In this document: piece after piece, positions 37,201 through 51,900 of the stretch | How the letters are laid out: every line of letters starts with the position of its first letter | How positions within the stretch are numbered: position 1 is the stretch's first letter | Origin: Lenisia limosa | Taxonomy: Eukaryota; Protista; Breviatea | Length of the DNA: 60,221 nucleotides | Assembly: GCA_001655205.1 (NCBI GenBank) | Contig: LPNZ01011044.1 | Span: forward strand, 1-60,221 | Direction: 5' to 3' | The notes under the pieces: generated by a model | Told to the model about the DNA's origin: nothing | The model's database searches: none | What the model saw: the letters and a program-made list of their open reading frames with translations, nothing else | Position numbers and translations under genes: made by a program

Positions 37201-40200
37201 TTTCAAGCTGTGGCAGCCATGAAACAAGCAGATGGCAATTGGCAAGGAACACCCAGCATCCGTCGCGGATAGCCGAGTCGATGAGTTTGGCGGCGGCGGC
37301 GGCCTGGCCTTGTCCCAGTGACAGATGCCGCAAGCGGTCTACTCAATCAGGCAAGTCAAGGACCGTATATAAATTCTGTTAGAATGTTTACCCCTCTTTT
37401 GAATACCTGATACGGTAGAATATTCCATTTTGATCATGGTTTACAGAACACCAGCCAACCGAGTTTTCCTTGGCTTTGGGCCAGGGCTTGGAGGGAAGGC
37501 AAAGGATCGACACCAGGAGACAGGACTGCATGGTTAGTAAATTCGTGTTTAGGGTAAGCTGTAGTCTTTTGAAATTACGCAAGAAAAAATATAGAATAAA
37601 TAGAGTCAATTATAACATTCTTACGGAACCAAAAGCCCACTAAAGATCAAGGGCTGGGTCGGGCTTGAGTCGGCGTGGGCAGCACCAAGATCTGATGGTG
37701 GCGGCTCAGTAAACTTGGCACCGATGGTGGATGTGATGAAGGCGGACACAACGGGGATGACTCGATCCGGACGGAGACTGCGGACAACACACTATGTTGT
37801 GAAACTTCAGTGTACTGCATGAGAAACAAGGGAATATTTAATTATGCTCGTAATAGCACCATGGTGATATGGGCTAAAATTAGGGCTTCCCTACGGTCCC
37901 AAAAAAGACTGAATTTCTCGATAATTCCTCGATAGATATTTCAACGGTCTTTTTCGGACCGCAGGGAAGCCCTAAAATACTTGAATCTGCACTGCAGTGG
38001 AATCAAAACAGCACCAAAACAAATAACCAACACTCACCATTCGCTGCATGTCATTGCACTTGGCTTCCCAGTCGCCAGGAAGCGGGTGTGCCTCGGGGGT
38101 GTTGTGGTTGAACCAAGCCTCCCATTCCTCGGGCATTTGCTCAAATGAGTTTGCCAGGTCATGGAATGCAGGAAGATGGTCAAGTTCTGCGAAAAAGTCA
38201 TGTGGTGCCGAAATAGTGTGTCATTCAACTTAGGAAACGCACGGAGTTTCTTGTTTAGCTGGTGTCCCCCCCCCCCCCNNNNNNNNNNNNNNNNNNNNNN
38301 NNNNNNNNNNNNNNNNNNNNNNNNNNNNNNNNNNNNNNNNNNNNNNNNNNNNNNNNNNNNNNNNNNNNNNNNNNNNNNNNNNNNNNNNNNNNNNNNNNNN
38401 NNAAGGTCCTTATCAATCACGACTCCACCACGAATGAAGAAATCGTATTCATCACTGTTAATCTGGGAGTGTCAGCGGAGACAGATAAAAGAGGCACCTA
38501 CTTTCTTTGCTGCTCTGAGGATTCTCACGGCCACATCGAAGGCGAAGAGGAGCTTGTGGCGCTCGAAAAGTCCGCGACAGGTGTTGGCATAAACCGCAAA
38601 GGTGTGAGCGTTGTTGACTGCAACGATTCGGTCGGCCACGTCTGCGGTGTCAGTGTAGCCATGGAGGAAATAGGTGCCAATAAGTGAGGTACCAATACAA
38701 TCAAAATCATTACCCCCCCCCCCCTGATAAAAATACCTTCGGGCTTGGCAGCACTATCAATGCTTCTCATGAAAAGAAGAACGTAAGTGTCAAGACTGTA
38801 TTGATACATTGGGTCAATCTAAACCGTCATTGCGTCATCCAAGGAGCACCTAACCTTAGCGAGATCATTGATGGAGAAGAACAGGAGGGCTGCTCTTTGG
38901 GCTGCCGGTCGATAGACGCCACGCGCCTTGTCAATGTTAGCCTCTGTCGCTTCAGAAACAACAAGGGACTCCTTAATCTCTTCTGATGTCACCTGAAACG
39001 TCACCATTGGGCACTATGAAGGAGCTAACCTTGGATGACTGAAGGGCCATGATCAGCTTCTCGTCATCAAGTAGAGAGCCTTGGGCTGTGGACAGAAGGT
39101 GCAGAATTGAGTCTTCAAGTTCAACGAGTTTCCTCTTGTCTTGGGCAACCTAAAGGTGTGGACAAGTTAATGGGAACTAAAATAGTACAAACAAGGCCAG
39201 AACAAAACAGATGGATTTTGCGGCCTCACACACCTTCACAACCATCTGGTCCTTTTTGGTTTCCAGCTCAGGCCTCTCTCGGCGAACAAGGATCGACAAT
39301 AGTTGCTCCTCAAGTCCTTCCTCCTATAAAGTCAGACTCTTTCGAAAAGCGAAACAGAAAAAATAGTTGCAAAAGGAAACCGCCTGTAAAGATACCCCAG
39401 GAACCTTGACGGCGAAGTTGACGATGGTGGTTCGGGCGCAAACTTCGGGTGCGTAGTGAGGGTTGGTGATGTTGGTGCAGATGTAGAGCTTGAACTCAGG
39501 GTTGTAGTCCACCTCCTTGTCTCCCAGACGAATAACGGGACGCCCGCCTCTCTGCAAACGTCAAATCATTCAAAAAGTCCGTTGAGCAAAGGATTATCGA
39601 CAGATAGATAATTCAGCTGCATATGGAATGGTAATCGAGACGTATGGTATGGGATGGCAATCGAGACGTACCTTAACAATAGACTTCGCGAGAACGGGGT
39701 CCAGAGTGGGGTCAAGGCTCTCTCCAACATCTTCAATGAGCACTGGTGTTCCAAACTAATGGTGGATGTGAGTTGGGAGGAATCAAAATAGTGAAAGTGG
39801 AAAATGAAATATTCCTTGTAATACGAAGCCTCACCTGAATAGCGTTCTCCAAGCTTCTCATATAGTCTGCCTGTTTGAAGTCAATGACCTTAAGGCCACG
39901 TTCCTTCTCCAGCGCTTGCACCCATCTTCTGGCCTGTCCCTGAGGATCAACCATAAGCGGCCAACGCCGGCCCTGGGTAACCAAAATACCGTTCTCCGTT
40001 CTACAAAGCGTTAAACTGTGGCTGAAGAAGAGCCGAAATTCAACAATGGTTCGCTCATCACTCACGAGAACGTGTCTGCGGGAAGGCCGTGGAGGGTCCA
40101 GTCACGAGCCTCGGTCGCCGACGCAAGGAATGTGGTCAGGCTGAAGTTCGGGTCTGAGGGGATACCAAGAGATTTAACCTGGGGTGTCATGAGCTCGTGA

Positions 40201-43200
40201 CACACTTTCTCACCTTCGCCATCCAAGTGGACTGAATCAGGACACGTCTCAGCTCCGCAGGGTACGGTCCAGCGGAACTCAAGAAGGCCGAGCCGAGCAG
40301 ACAGTCACCGACAACCCATCCCAGGCGCTGTTCGAGGTCCTTGATGGAGCTCTCCCAACGTTCGCGCTCAGACGCCAGGCCGGTAACGAGTTGTTCGGCC
40401 CTGTTGAGCCTGCGCTCGGTTTCCTGGGAGTGAGATTGGAGCAAGAATATCCACGAAATAAAGGGTTCAAATAAGGAGAACCAAAACAAAGTGGCTTACT
40501 TCGGCCTCAGCACGGAGTCGCTCCTTCTTTGAGACGTTGGCATCATATTGAGCCTTCAAGCTAGAGTGGTGAGAAGAAACACTTTGTGATATGCTCTCTC
40601 TAGCACAACTACGCAACTTTTATGTATAACATGTTCACAATCGATAATCTTCCGAGTTGGCTCACGTAATGATTCTCTCGGTAATGCCTTGGAGCTTGTC
40701 TCTTCCTGATTTGAGCAAGGCCTGTTTCTTGGCAAGAGTGTCGGTTGCCACTTTCACTGCTGCGCGCTTTGGAGCAACCTGCAATGTAAATCCTGATTTC
40801 GGTACACGGTCATCCTAGATTGAGAACTGGCTACAGACCTGTCGGTAGATGTGACCGTACTGCTGCATGGCCAGCACCCACATTGAAAGTCCTTTGGCGG
40901 CAGTGGACACCTGGGTTACGTCACAATTGTAAAGTAAGAGATATGTTCCCTGTGATAAAACCGAATCATTATTGATCCCAGTTTGGGCTGTCCATGAGAT
41001 AGTAAAGTGAACTTTGCTCCTTTCCAAAAAGCACAGCACATCTCCGAGCAAACCTTTCCAATAACACTTGGCTTGAACTCAGGGTCATTGCACTGACGAT
41101 CGATTTTCTTGAGAATGCCATCCGACATCGCATCCTACAGTGGTCATTTGGCCCAACAACTCCGGCGTTACCTTGTCGTAGTTGATGAGATGACTCATAA
41201 AATTCGGGTCATTGAGCTGTCTCTTTGCTTCGGCCCAAGACGCCTCGCATTTCATGAGGACCATGACTGCGTTCATAACCTGCGCAATGAGAGGCAGTAC
41301 AGGGGCAAACCTTCTCAACCAGAATGGGCGGCTTGGAATAAGCCTTGACCTCTGCAAGGTCCTGCTTGTGGAGGCTCTCGAGAGCCTTGCGTGCGGCTGC
41401 CAAGGCGGGAAGGGCTGCGTCGAGTTCTGCCTGAGCCTGCTCTGCAACTTCCTTCACCTCCGCTTCCTCTCGTGCAACCTGAAGAGTCACATTTATCACA
41501 ACATATGTGTTTTAAAAGCATTGGAGCAGGCAGCCGGTCAAACCTTTTCGGTCTCGGCTTGAACCTGCTTGGCCTGGTCATCAGCCTCCCTCCGCTGTTG
41601 GACAATGACGACGAGGAACTCTTCACATTGGTTCTGGAAGGTGAGCAACAGAGAAGGTGACAAACCTGGAGGGTTGCGACCTCCGTTTTAGTGATCTCCA
41701 GTTGGCCACCCATCTCCTCAACCGTACTGCGCGTGTCATCGAGTTTCGAGAGACCTGGGCAGTGAAGACAGCAACGTCGCAATTGGTGCTTTTCATAGTG
41801 AAGATGAAGGGAATTGCCCTATTTGAGGCCTACCGTTCTTGAGTTTAATTGCCGCACTGGACAACTCGGCCCTTTTGCGCTTAAGTAATGTCACGTATCC
41901 TTCAACAAAGTCCAGGAAGTTGGTTGGGGTGATGTAGTTCCTGGTGAGGGTAATAACAAAAAGCCGTATCGACAAGTACGTTTGCGAAATTTAACTTGAG
42001 TTTTAAAAGGGAAGTGATGATACGATCCCAATAAGATTTTACCCAATACATACGCTGGCATAAAGCCATACCTTCTTCCCATTTCAGTGAGCATTCTTTG
42101 GTTAACCTTCTTGACATCGGAGGTACTCTCGACAAATACCTACGAGGTGACAAGTTGTTCAAATCGCAGTTAGCTGAGTTTCAACTACAAACCTGGATTA
42201 CAGCGTCCCTGATTTCCTTGGGGCCGAGGTCAACGTCAGTCACAAACTTCTCTGCCACCTCCTGAAAGGTGAGTCTTTACTCTAATGTTTAAGCTTCAAT
42301 TCAATTGTGGTCATCATGATAAGCGGCCCAGTGACCTTGAGGGCGTCGCTGGGCCAGTCAGAGAACCAGTCAATAGTGGTGCAAGCCACTAGGGCAGGGT
42401 ACATCCTGAGCCGTCTCCTGAACACTTCACCAACAGGGCTGAAGCAAAGGATCATGTGGAGGTTCTTGCGTGCCTGTTGTCTAAAGGCGAGCTGAAATGT
42501 GAGAACGGGAAGACTGCTCTATACAGGAAGAACAAGAGGCGTACCCATGAGCTGTCGCTGAGGTGGGAAAGGCCGAGGGTCTGTGCAGCGACCCGACAGT
42601 TGTCACGGATGTTTTGAATTTCGTCCGCAGCAAAGAGGTTGGGAACCAGGCCTGAAAAGGGATGAAGTAAACGAGATGAACGAACCGCTGCTCAAAATGT
42701 TGTTGATGTCCTCGACAAAGGCCTCATTGACGATTTGTGCGTCAGAGAGAAGGAAGGCCACGGGCTTGTTTTCAACACCCGCCATCATAAGAACGGTCTT
42801 AATGTCCTCGCGGAACTCTTGGTGTCTGTAGTTCTTCGTAACTTCGATCTGAGGAGTTAACAGGGAGCACAAGCAGGTAGCTAACCTGGTAAATGGTGTA
42901 CTCCGCAATGAAAGCTGCCAATCTCGAGAGGCTCTGTCGGCCGCTGCCACCAACTCCGACAACCAAAGCGTGGCCTCGCGGTTGCGAGATGATTCGGTGG
43001 ATACGAAGAATGTGCTAAAGGGTAAGACCAGGGACGAATGTCGAGAAATGGCGATCATTTCATGTTACATAAAGCCGAAGCCGTCAACAAGGCTAAGTAG
43101 TAGATGGCCTGCGAACCTGAAGGGCCGAGTTGAACAACACCAAATCCTGTGGAATGAGTCCCGGCTCGTGGTTGAATTCCTCCAGATACTCCTCCATTGT

Positions 43201-46200
43201 GGACCTGAGCTGGTCCTTGTCACTGAAACGTCAGACTGTTCAAAAGCCTCCTACCTGATCTCTTCGTAGAACGGGTTCTCGGCATCGCGGCGCAACGCAC
43301 ACGAAAAGATGGGTCCCTGGAGAATAAACAGAGCACGAGTCCATCCTACGTTGGGCGTATTCCTGGTGACTCTCTGCCACGAGGTTGAGAAGACGGACGT
43401 CAACCTGTCGGACAGAACACCTTGCAGCCACGTACGGTCGGCATCGTCCACCAGACGGTCGCTAAACACACGTTGGCATTCGTGGACCCAAAGCTTGACC
43501 ACTCGCTCAGGACTGTCATGGTAGTCTCTGTGGGCCTGTAGCAAGCCGGACACAACACGTGACATGTCTGGAGGGTCAGAACCCAAGCCAAAGGCTTACC
43601 TCTGAGGTTGAAGAGGTAGTGCGACTTGGATGGGGTTGGAAGGAGTTCGGCAACAACCCTCTTGTAGACATCGTATGTTGCTTGAGTGATGGGGTCACCT
43701 AAGATGTGAGACAAGCATACGCGAATTGTTCAATTGCCAACAAGGAGGCTGTAATGTAACCAAGTACCAATCAGCCCCTCAAACTCATTGCGCGGACCTC
43801 CTCGTCGAAGTCCTTAAACTTGCTGGAAATGAGGGAGGACAGGATCCTCTTGACCTCGCTTTCGGCTGGGAAGGGAAGAAGGAAGGTGCGGAACCGTGAC
43901 AGAACGCGGCGTGATATCTCTTGCCGTCCGCCACCGGGAGGAGCCATTGCGGCAACCAGGTTCATGCCTTGCACTTGTCTTGGCACCTGCTTAACTCGGT
44001 CATACCAGAAGCCGTGGTCAATCCAGAGACGAAGCAGCTCAAGCGGTGGCTGGCTGCCAAAGGTGTCCTGAAATGATTAGTGGAAGAAAAAAAGCGAATC
44101 TCAACATAACATGCCCTGGGTCTGCGACGATAAAAAAAATAATACAATCGATTAAAAGATAACCATAACATATGCCTACCTTGGCTGGAAGGTTGAGGTC
44201 ATCAATGAAGCAAACTAAGCGCCGAGCACCAACAGGAACAACAACGTCCTGATGGGTCAATAGGGAGCATAATCAAAAGAAAAGAATAATGCTTCAACAC
44301 AAACTTCAAGAGGGAGGGGACAAACCTTTGTTCGCTTTTCGAAATTGGCTTCGATATTATCCTGAACAGAAGCGGCCGTGGTTCTCGAGGAGAGATTGAC
44401 AGTGATGTTGTTGAATCGCGCAGTGTCAAGATTGTTCAAAGTGTTTTCAACAATAACAGTTTTACCAACACCTGAACAATGAAACTGACCAAAAATAGAG
44501 CAGTACCAAACACTCTTCATTTAGGGATTGAAATTGATCTTATGATCTACATCCCCAACATACCAGTTTCACCAATGAGAAGCACATGGTGTCCTGCTTG
44601 CAGGAGGGCACTTGTCACATATTCGGTTCTCATTGTGTCGATGGTGGGGACCAGAGAGTCTGCAGGGTTCTTTCCAGGAGGGGGGGTCCAGTTCTAAAAT
44701 CGTGATAAAAAGAAAAGAAGGTGAAAGAAGAGAGATGTGAAAATACATACCGCCGGGATTCGATCAGCCCAATGGCTCCATCCTTTCTTCTTGACATCAA
44801 CAAAGTATTCATAAACAGTGTCCTGGAATGTGAGACGAAGCAACAGGGAAAAGGAGGCATGTGAGACGAAACAACAGGGGAAAAAAGGCATACTCTGGCG
44901 GGGACTTGTCCCTCTAGTTCTCTGAGGAACATATCGATTCTCTTTTGTGATGGGCTATCAACAGTAGCGCCGATGGACCACACCACACAGAAAAGGAACC
45001 AAAGCTCAGCCATTCTCTGCAGGAGTCAGCACTGAGGCAAGACGTACCAGGTAGAAGTCACCATCCGAGGCTGAAACGCCGTTGGCAGCAGTAGCGAATA
45101 CGTCGAAGAGGGCACAGAGTGTTTTGACGGCGGAAATGTCGTCCGTGTGCACCTGTACAATAAAAAGAGACCATCGCAAAATCAAAGGAGACCATGGCCA
45201 AATGCACAAAGGATGGCCCCAAAAAAAAGAAAGAAATCTGGCTTTGCATACCAGTTCAGAGCAGGCCTTCTTTCTGAATTTGAGTGTGGGCTCGACGTAG
45301 AGATTGATGAGCTTAGCAAGGAGATCCTTTAGATCTCTTTCGTCCTTTCGGCCGGCCAGCCAGCTGTTGATATAGGGTCTCCAGCTATCCAGTAAATGCA
45401 ATCACGACCTGGGCCTACCCGAGAGAAGCCTGGTCAAGGTAAACCATGCCACAACGAGACACAGTAGCTGGGGAGGCTTGGGAGAGGTCTTCTACTTCGA
45501 AGATAAGCGAAACGTTAGGAGTGACCGCAATACGTTCTCCATTGTTGAGGGTAAGAAGCTAAAAAATGAGAAAGGAAGTCGAAAGGATTGCATCACAAGC
45601 TTTAACCTAAGGGACCAACCTTGTTGTCATCAAGGACAGTGTTCATTGATTCGACCCAAAGAGTGTCAACAGGACCGTCGAGAATGACCCATCTCAGATC
45701 TTCGGATCCATCGTCCTGTTCCGTCAGTGGTATTCGGCTAGGTTACAAACAACTAAAATAACAACACATTGCAGAGACCTGTTGCTAATAACAGTGTTGC
45801 AGAATAATCTGTGGCAACAATCATCACTCATTTCCTTCTTTACTCCTCAGAAGCACCAAAGTAGCCATGTGTCCTCCCTTTCACCTGCGTGACGTTCCTC
45901 ATGATGGATGAGAGGACTCCGTCGGTCCATTCGCGGGTCGTGTTGTCGTACTCTCCGAAGAGTTCTCCCATGGTCACCGACTTGGGGTTGACAATGTTTG
46001 TGCGAACAGGCTTATGGCCGCTAACTTTCTAAAGACGTAAACAACGAGAAAGAAAAGTTGGTTGGGATACCATGGGGATGGGAATGGGGGAGCTGAAACT
46101 GAAATGTCCTCAAAACGAACCTCTTTGGCAAGTCTGGTGAGGGCTCTCTCAAGAAGCTGCCATGAAGTTGTTTTACCACTTCCAGTAAGTCCGACGACCA

Positions 46201-48924
46201 TAACACCATGCCTGGTTTGCAAGGTTTGGTACAACTCAACAACCTGGGGGTCAAAGCATCGAGCGCACCAACCTTTTGAACGAGAGAGGCGTGGAGTTGA
46301 AGGCCGCTTTCAAAGAATTCCGCTTCAATTGCTCCTCTGGACGGTTAGAGAAATAACGGTGCGGGTTGAGAGCAAACCTGAGTTCGGAAAGCGTTGGCGG
46401 CGGAAGCTCGGTTCCAGGGAAAAGGTCAGAGAGAACTCCTCTAAAGGTGTCAAGATAGAAGAGAGGGATAATGAGGTTTTACACTCCAGATAAACTAATC
46501 CAGTATAGCAGATTCTCCCTCATACCTAAACAGCGGAACGTCAGCACTGACAAGCTTCGGAAGATTCATGTCCGTGATAGCCTGGGTGTGAGACCACTTT
46601 GCTGCCTACCTTGACAAGGACCAGATCTTCGGACCATTCTGTTGAGTCGCCGCCCTTTGGTTCCGAAGCAATTGTCCGGGACAAGTTGCCGGCGGCCACA
46701 AGCACGGACTTGATGGCCCTGTGCTGTTAACAACAACGCGGCAAAAACAGCATTCATTACCTGAGGCCAAAATCGTAGTGGTCTTGCTTTGAGAGCTGTT
46801 GTTTGCTGAGCTTGTAGAGGGTATCGATCTTGCGTGACAGACTCTTTGCGGTCTGTTTGGTGAGCAGCTTGGCAAGGGACAAACCTTGAATCCCTCGGAG
46901 TAGAGCATGATTTCAGCAATGTAACCCGAGTCAGGAACGACCATAGAAATGGGGCGGAAGAGGGACTTGAGATTGTCCGGAAGCTCAGTACGACCTGATG
47001 CATTAGGACCGACGGAACGTCGTCTGAAGTGACCCTACCGGCATATCCAGGGTTCATGGTGATGAAGATACCACAAGTCGGGTTGAGTGGAATGTCCGAT
47101 CCTTCAAACACAAAATGGCTAACTTGTCGTTTGATAGCATCCAGAAGAGAGGAAATCTGCAGGTGTCAACCAGAATAATGAGAACTGACTTGTTGGGCGA
47201 CCACGGACAGCACTTCCACATCGATGCGGTTGAACTCATCAAGACAAGACCAGGCGCCGGATTGGGCGAAGCCAGTGAGCAGACGGCCCAACGAAACGAC
47301 ATCCATACTCTCAGAGCAGTTAAAGACAATGACGTACTTAGCAAGGGCCTTGCCCAGGTCCTTGACCGTCTCAGTTTTACCTAGTGAAGTCAGTACCATT
47401 GAATGGAGAGAATTGCATTGTCTGTAAAGGGACTGTGCATACCGGTTCCAGCAGGACCCTGAGGGTTGCCGCCTCGTCTCAAATGAAGAGCAGTGGTGAG
47501 TGTCATGTAGCATCGGTCGGTGAGTGGCGTGATAACAAGGCGCCCGGTGTTGCCGACATATTCGTTCCCGTAGTCAAAAGAGGCCTCGTTTTGAGCAATC
47601 CGACAGACGTCCTTCTCCTATACACGGTAAGCTACTGGCAAGGCTCACCTTGTCCCAAAAGAAGCGCAGCTGGGAAGACCAGTCGAAGGCGTTGGCAGAT
47701 ACGACGCCAACACGGGCGAGTCGGTCGATCACGTCCCTGTTATGGACCTAGAACGTCACCCAGGCTGCAAGAAAGGTCTCAAACCTCGATGGTGAGCAGG
47801 GCAACAATGCGGCGGCGGACCAGAGCGCTGACAGGCTCGTCCAACAGCGACGTCAGCCGGGTCAGGAGGGCTGCCCACTTCTTGCGCAGTGTTCTAAGTA
47901 TGAGTGTGGGTTCATCATAAACTCTCCAATAACAAAGACACAGACAACCTACCTCAGAGTGTGCCTTCCGTCGCCCGCGAGGGCTCTTTCTACTTCCCCA
48001 GTCCAGGCAATCTATCGTGTTAGTAGGACGAAGGTAAACAGTGGGTTGAAATGAGACTTTTCGCTTACCTGACTGGCAGTAATGAGCGACTGACCGGGCC
48101 AATCTTGGACCCACTGCCCCTTTTTGGCTCGGCGCAAGGCGGCAATACAGCCTTGGAGAGACTTGTTGATTGTGGTCTGAGTTGTCAAGATGCAAAAAGT
48201 AATATAATATCAGATGGAAACCCCCTAGCAGGCTCTCAAAAAAGAAGAGAAGGCTGACGACGAAAACAAACCTGCATTTCAGACTCCACCGCAAGCAGCC
48301 AGTTTTCAACGGCTCCGTCAGCCGACACGGACTCGGAAAAGTTAACTACCTCACCATCAGGCCCAATGATTCCGTCGGCTTGCTTCTTGACCTGAAATGT
48401 AAGGAAGAGCGCGAGCTTACGTCCTTGCTACGGCCGCCTGCTTGGACCGCTTGGTTGGTGAACACGAGATGATGGATGGCAGAGAAGCACTTCTTCATAT
48501 GGGGCTGTACTGCGTCCACATTGCGTGATTGACCGAGAATTTCGAGAAGGTCATCGTTAGACAAGAAATAGAACCTAGAATATGAGTAAACGCGTTCAAA
48601 TGGCAAACCGAGGGAAGATTCGTCTTTTCGTTTCAAGGTACTCGTCAAGACTCTTCTGGACAAGTTCGAGCTTTTCGCTCATTTCAGCCAGGTTAGCAGA
48701 GAGGTTGTTTGCCATGGTGCCACGAAGGGCATTGGGATCTTCAGCAAGAAAGGCCATGGAAGTCTGGGCAATTAAGTCCAAGTCTACCAACAAACCTTCC
48801 ACATGACATTGATGGTGTCGAATAAGGAGGCCTCCTTCGGCAACTGGCTTCGGATGTCTTCGGACGCAGCGAAGATCGACTCGAGATACATCCATGAGCG
48901 TTGTACCTTGGAGGGTTACCCAAA

Positions 48925-48992
<68 letters not shown>

Positions 48993-51900
48993 AAGTAAGA
49001 CAGAAGCCAAACCAATAAGATCTTTTCGACTGTCTCGAGTACATGGCTCAACGTTCTTTCCCATTCTTCAACACGATCGCAGAAGGCCTGAGGTATTAGC
49101 TCTGAGTTCAAAAAATAGGAATTCGTCCCCAAAAAAAAATAGACTTGTTAAACACTGTCAGTTTCCATCTGTTCGGACAGAAGTGAAGCCCTTGGCAAAC
49201 CTTAAAGTAAGGTGACGCCTTCATGGTTTGGAGAGTGACCAAGTTGTCATCAAGTGTTTGGAAGACTTCCTCAGCGGAGCGCAAACGATGGTAGTTCGTC
49301 TACACACGTTACAAAGGAGATTTGCCTTGGTCATAGCTCTAAGCTCAAAAACCACCCTACTTTGTAAACAACAACATCAAGCTGGACTTCTTTCCAGGTG
49401 TTGGAGAGCTTTTCGAGTGCCTGGAGCATCAGAAAAAAGCGGGCATCAGGAGACGCACCTGTTCAATTGCAAGCTCCTTGTTCGCTGCCAGTGCCAGGGT
49501 GCCGATGATCTCTGCGTGTTGGTCAAGGCCGAGTGCGAACACTTTTTCCAAGGTGAACGCTGGGTCATCGGGGGTGAGTGTCCGTCCGAGCTCAGTTTGA
49601 AGGTCGTTCCAATGCCTCTCTCGAAGGGCCTGGCGGATTAGTTCTGTTACACTGCAGCAGACTACTTACCGGGTTGCTCAGGTCAGAAAGAATAGGTAAC
49701 GTGCGTTTGAAGGAGTCGACACGGTCCCTGAGGGCGGTCCAGGCATCCCAGTGCTTTGTGTCTCGGCCAAGACGCACGGCCTTCTTCATAAAGTCGAACG
49801 TTGTGGTTTCAAGTTCTAAATCGTAAGACGCAAATCTACGCCCAATATTTGAATATGACTACAGCTCCAAACAGCAGACCTGGGAGGTTGATTTGCCTGA
49901 AGCTGCAGACGCGCCACTGCTGCCAAAGAGTGTCCCAACTGTCTGTCAGTGTCCAAACGTTCTCAAGAAGGCCGAGGTCGCGGGTCATGCTTGCAAGGTC
50001 TTTCTGGACCGGGGGGTCGAGACCAAAAATAACCTGGCCGCTCCTAAGCCGTGCCTCGGTTTCACGTTGTTTTGAGACGGCAAACTTGAACTCGTTGATG
50101 GCCTCGAGGGCGGCGGGTGCCACCGGGCCGGGGCTGAAGGGCTGAAAGGTGAGTAACAGCGGAAACGACCCACTCCTTTGGCCTTGAATTCGGCGTAAAG
50201 GCCTGAGACCACGCGGCCGAATTCGTCGGTGCTTCGGACCAACTCCGCCTTGAACCTGCAGTGTGAGCAAGAACAAGCGCCATTAGCACAAACCTGTCAC
50301 GCGCCTTATGAAGGTCTCTGTCCGCTTGAGCTATCACTGAGTTGAAGGCCTATCGAAAGGTTAGCAAAGGTGTGAGTGACTTACCTCCCATTCTGTCGTG
50401 ATACTGGCCAGACTATCAAGTTCGTCTGAAGGCACCATGACTTCGAAGCGCTCCAGAAGAGCGTACTGGTTACGAAGTGGTGTGAAGCGAGCCTGACAGA
50501 TGAGATGGGAAGGGGGGTGTTTAGCTAATAGATTTCTTTGTCTCCTTTAATAATAGTCAGGACTAACTACAACAGAAATACAAAATCACCTGTATCGTAG
50601 GCACGCTTTGGGTGGTACGTTTGAGGAACGCAAGCGCCACCCCTACAGACTCCAAAGTGGTCGGTAACTCCCTAAACGTCATGAGTATCCACAATGGCAA
50701 CAATGATTCCCACTGGTCCGCAATACCATCCCCGAGAGTACCTCAGTTTCTCACTTGACGTCTCGAACATCGTTTTGAGAGCGGTCAACTCCGTCTTGGC
50801 ACTGTTGTGAACAAGGTTGGCGAACCCAGCTTGCCAGGCCACACAGAGATTGATCAAAGATGACTTCAACGGCGATGCGTCCAACCGGAGACAGCCCGCT
50901 ACTACGGAAGCTTCCTCGGCCTATTATGTCACTCGCCTTGAAAACAAGACCCAATAGAACCGCATTAAGTACCTCCTCATACCTGGACATCTGCAGCCAA
51001 ATCCCTATATCTCTGAATGTCTCCAGCAACAGTGTTCAAAGATGGTTTGCCCTTTGCATAGCGTCGAAGGAAAGCAGATCTATTTGGGTTAACGGTGAAG
51101 ATTAATAAGACAACAAACCTGTCCAGTTCCCAGATGTTCTTGTGGCGATCCCAGGTGACTGAATACCGGGACACAAGACTACCGTTTCCAGAAAGCCCCG
51201 TCATAATAGCAACATGAGCCTTGAGAATATCCTACAGCATTACAACGGAACCGGAACACTCACATCATCCGACGACGTGGTGGCAAAGAAGGAGGGTAGC
51301 CCAGTTGGCCGCAGCGGTTCTCCAACTTCACCAAGGTTGACCGCCTCTGACAGACGCGGAATACCCTATATTCGTAATGATTGATTTAAACTGCAGAAGC
51401 AAGGTTGGAGCCACAACTCACTTCAATAGTCGAAATAAGTCCCTTGCAGATCTTTGTCACGGTCTTGGTGATATCTGAAGTGGTGACTACAGCTCAAAGA
51501 TGGCAAAGCTAACCCGTTGGTGGGGGGCGGAACTCAACGTTCTGGTTATCAAGCACTACGTCAACCTTTTAAGTCAGCAAGCAGTATTCAAAAAATGCAA
51601 AGAAAGGTAAATGATACAACAAATAAATGCAGTATGGGTGAATGGCCAACCGAGAAGAGGGGAGGGGGAGGCTGGTTGGCCTCACCGTTGATAGCAACGG
51701 AAATTTCGTGAAGTGCGTGTCGAGTGGCAAGACGAAGGGCTTCGTCGAAGGACTAGAACATAAGAAAGGCAGTGGGCCTACCTTGTCCACGGCCTGCACA
51801 AAAGCGATCCACTGCGTTGCAACACCAGGTCCGTCACCAGCAAAAATAGTAAACGTCGTGTCCAAGGTGTTCCTAAACAATGAAAACACAGCACCTTGCA

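Noticed and set aside
47384-47920. Long plus-strand ORFs opposite the dynein (also 46062-46493, 38161-38687, 41212-41562)
   Set aside because: Antisense shadows of GC-richer coding exons, or ORFs inflated by N runs; no motifs or splice support.
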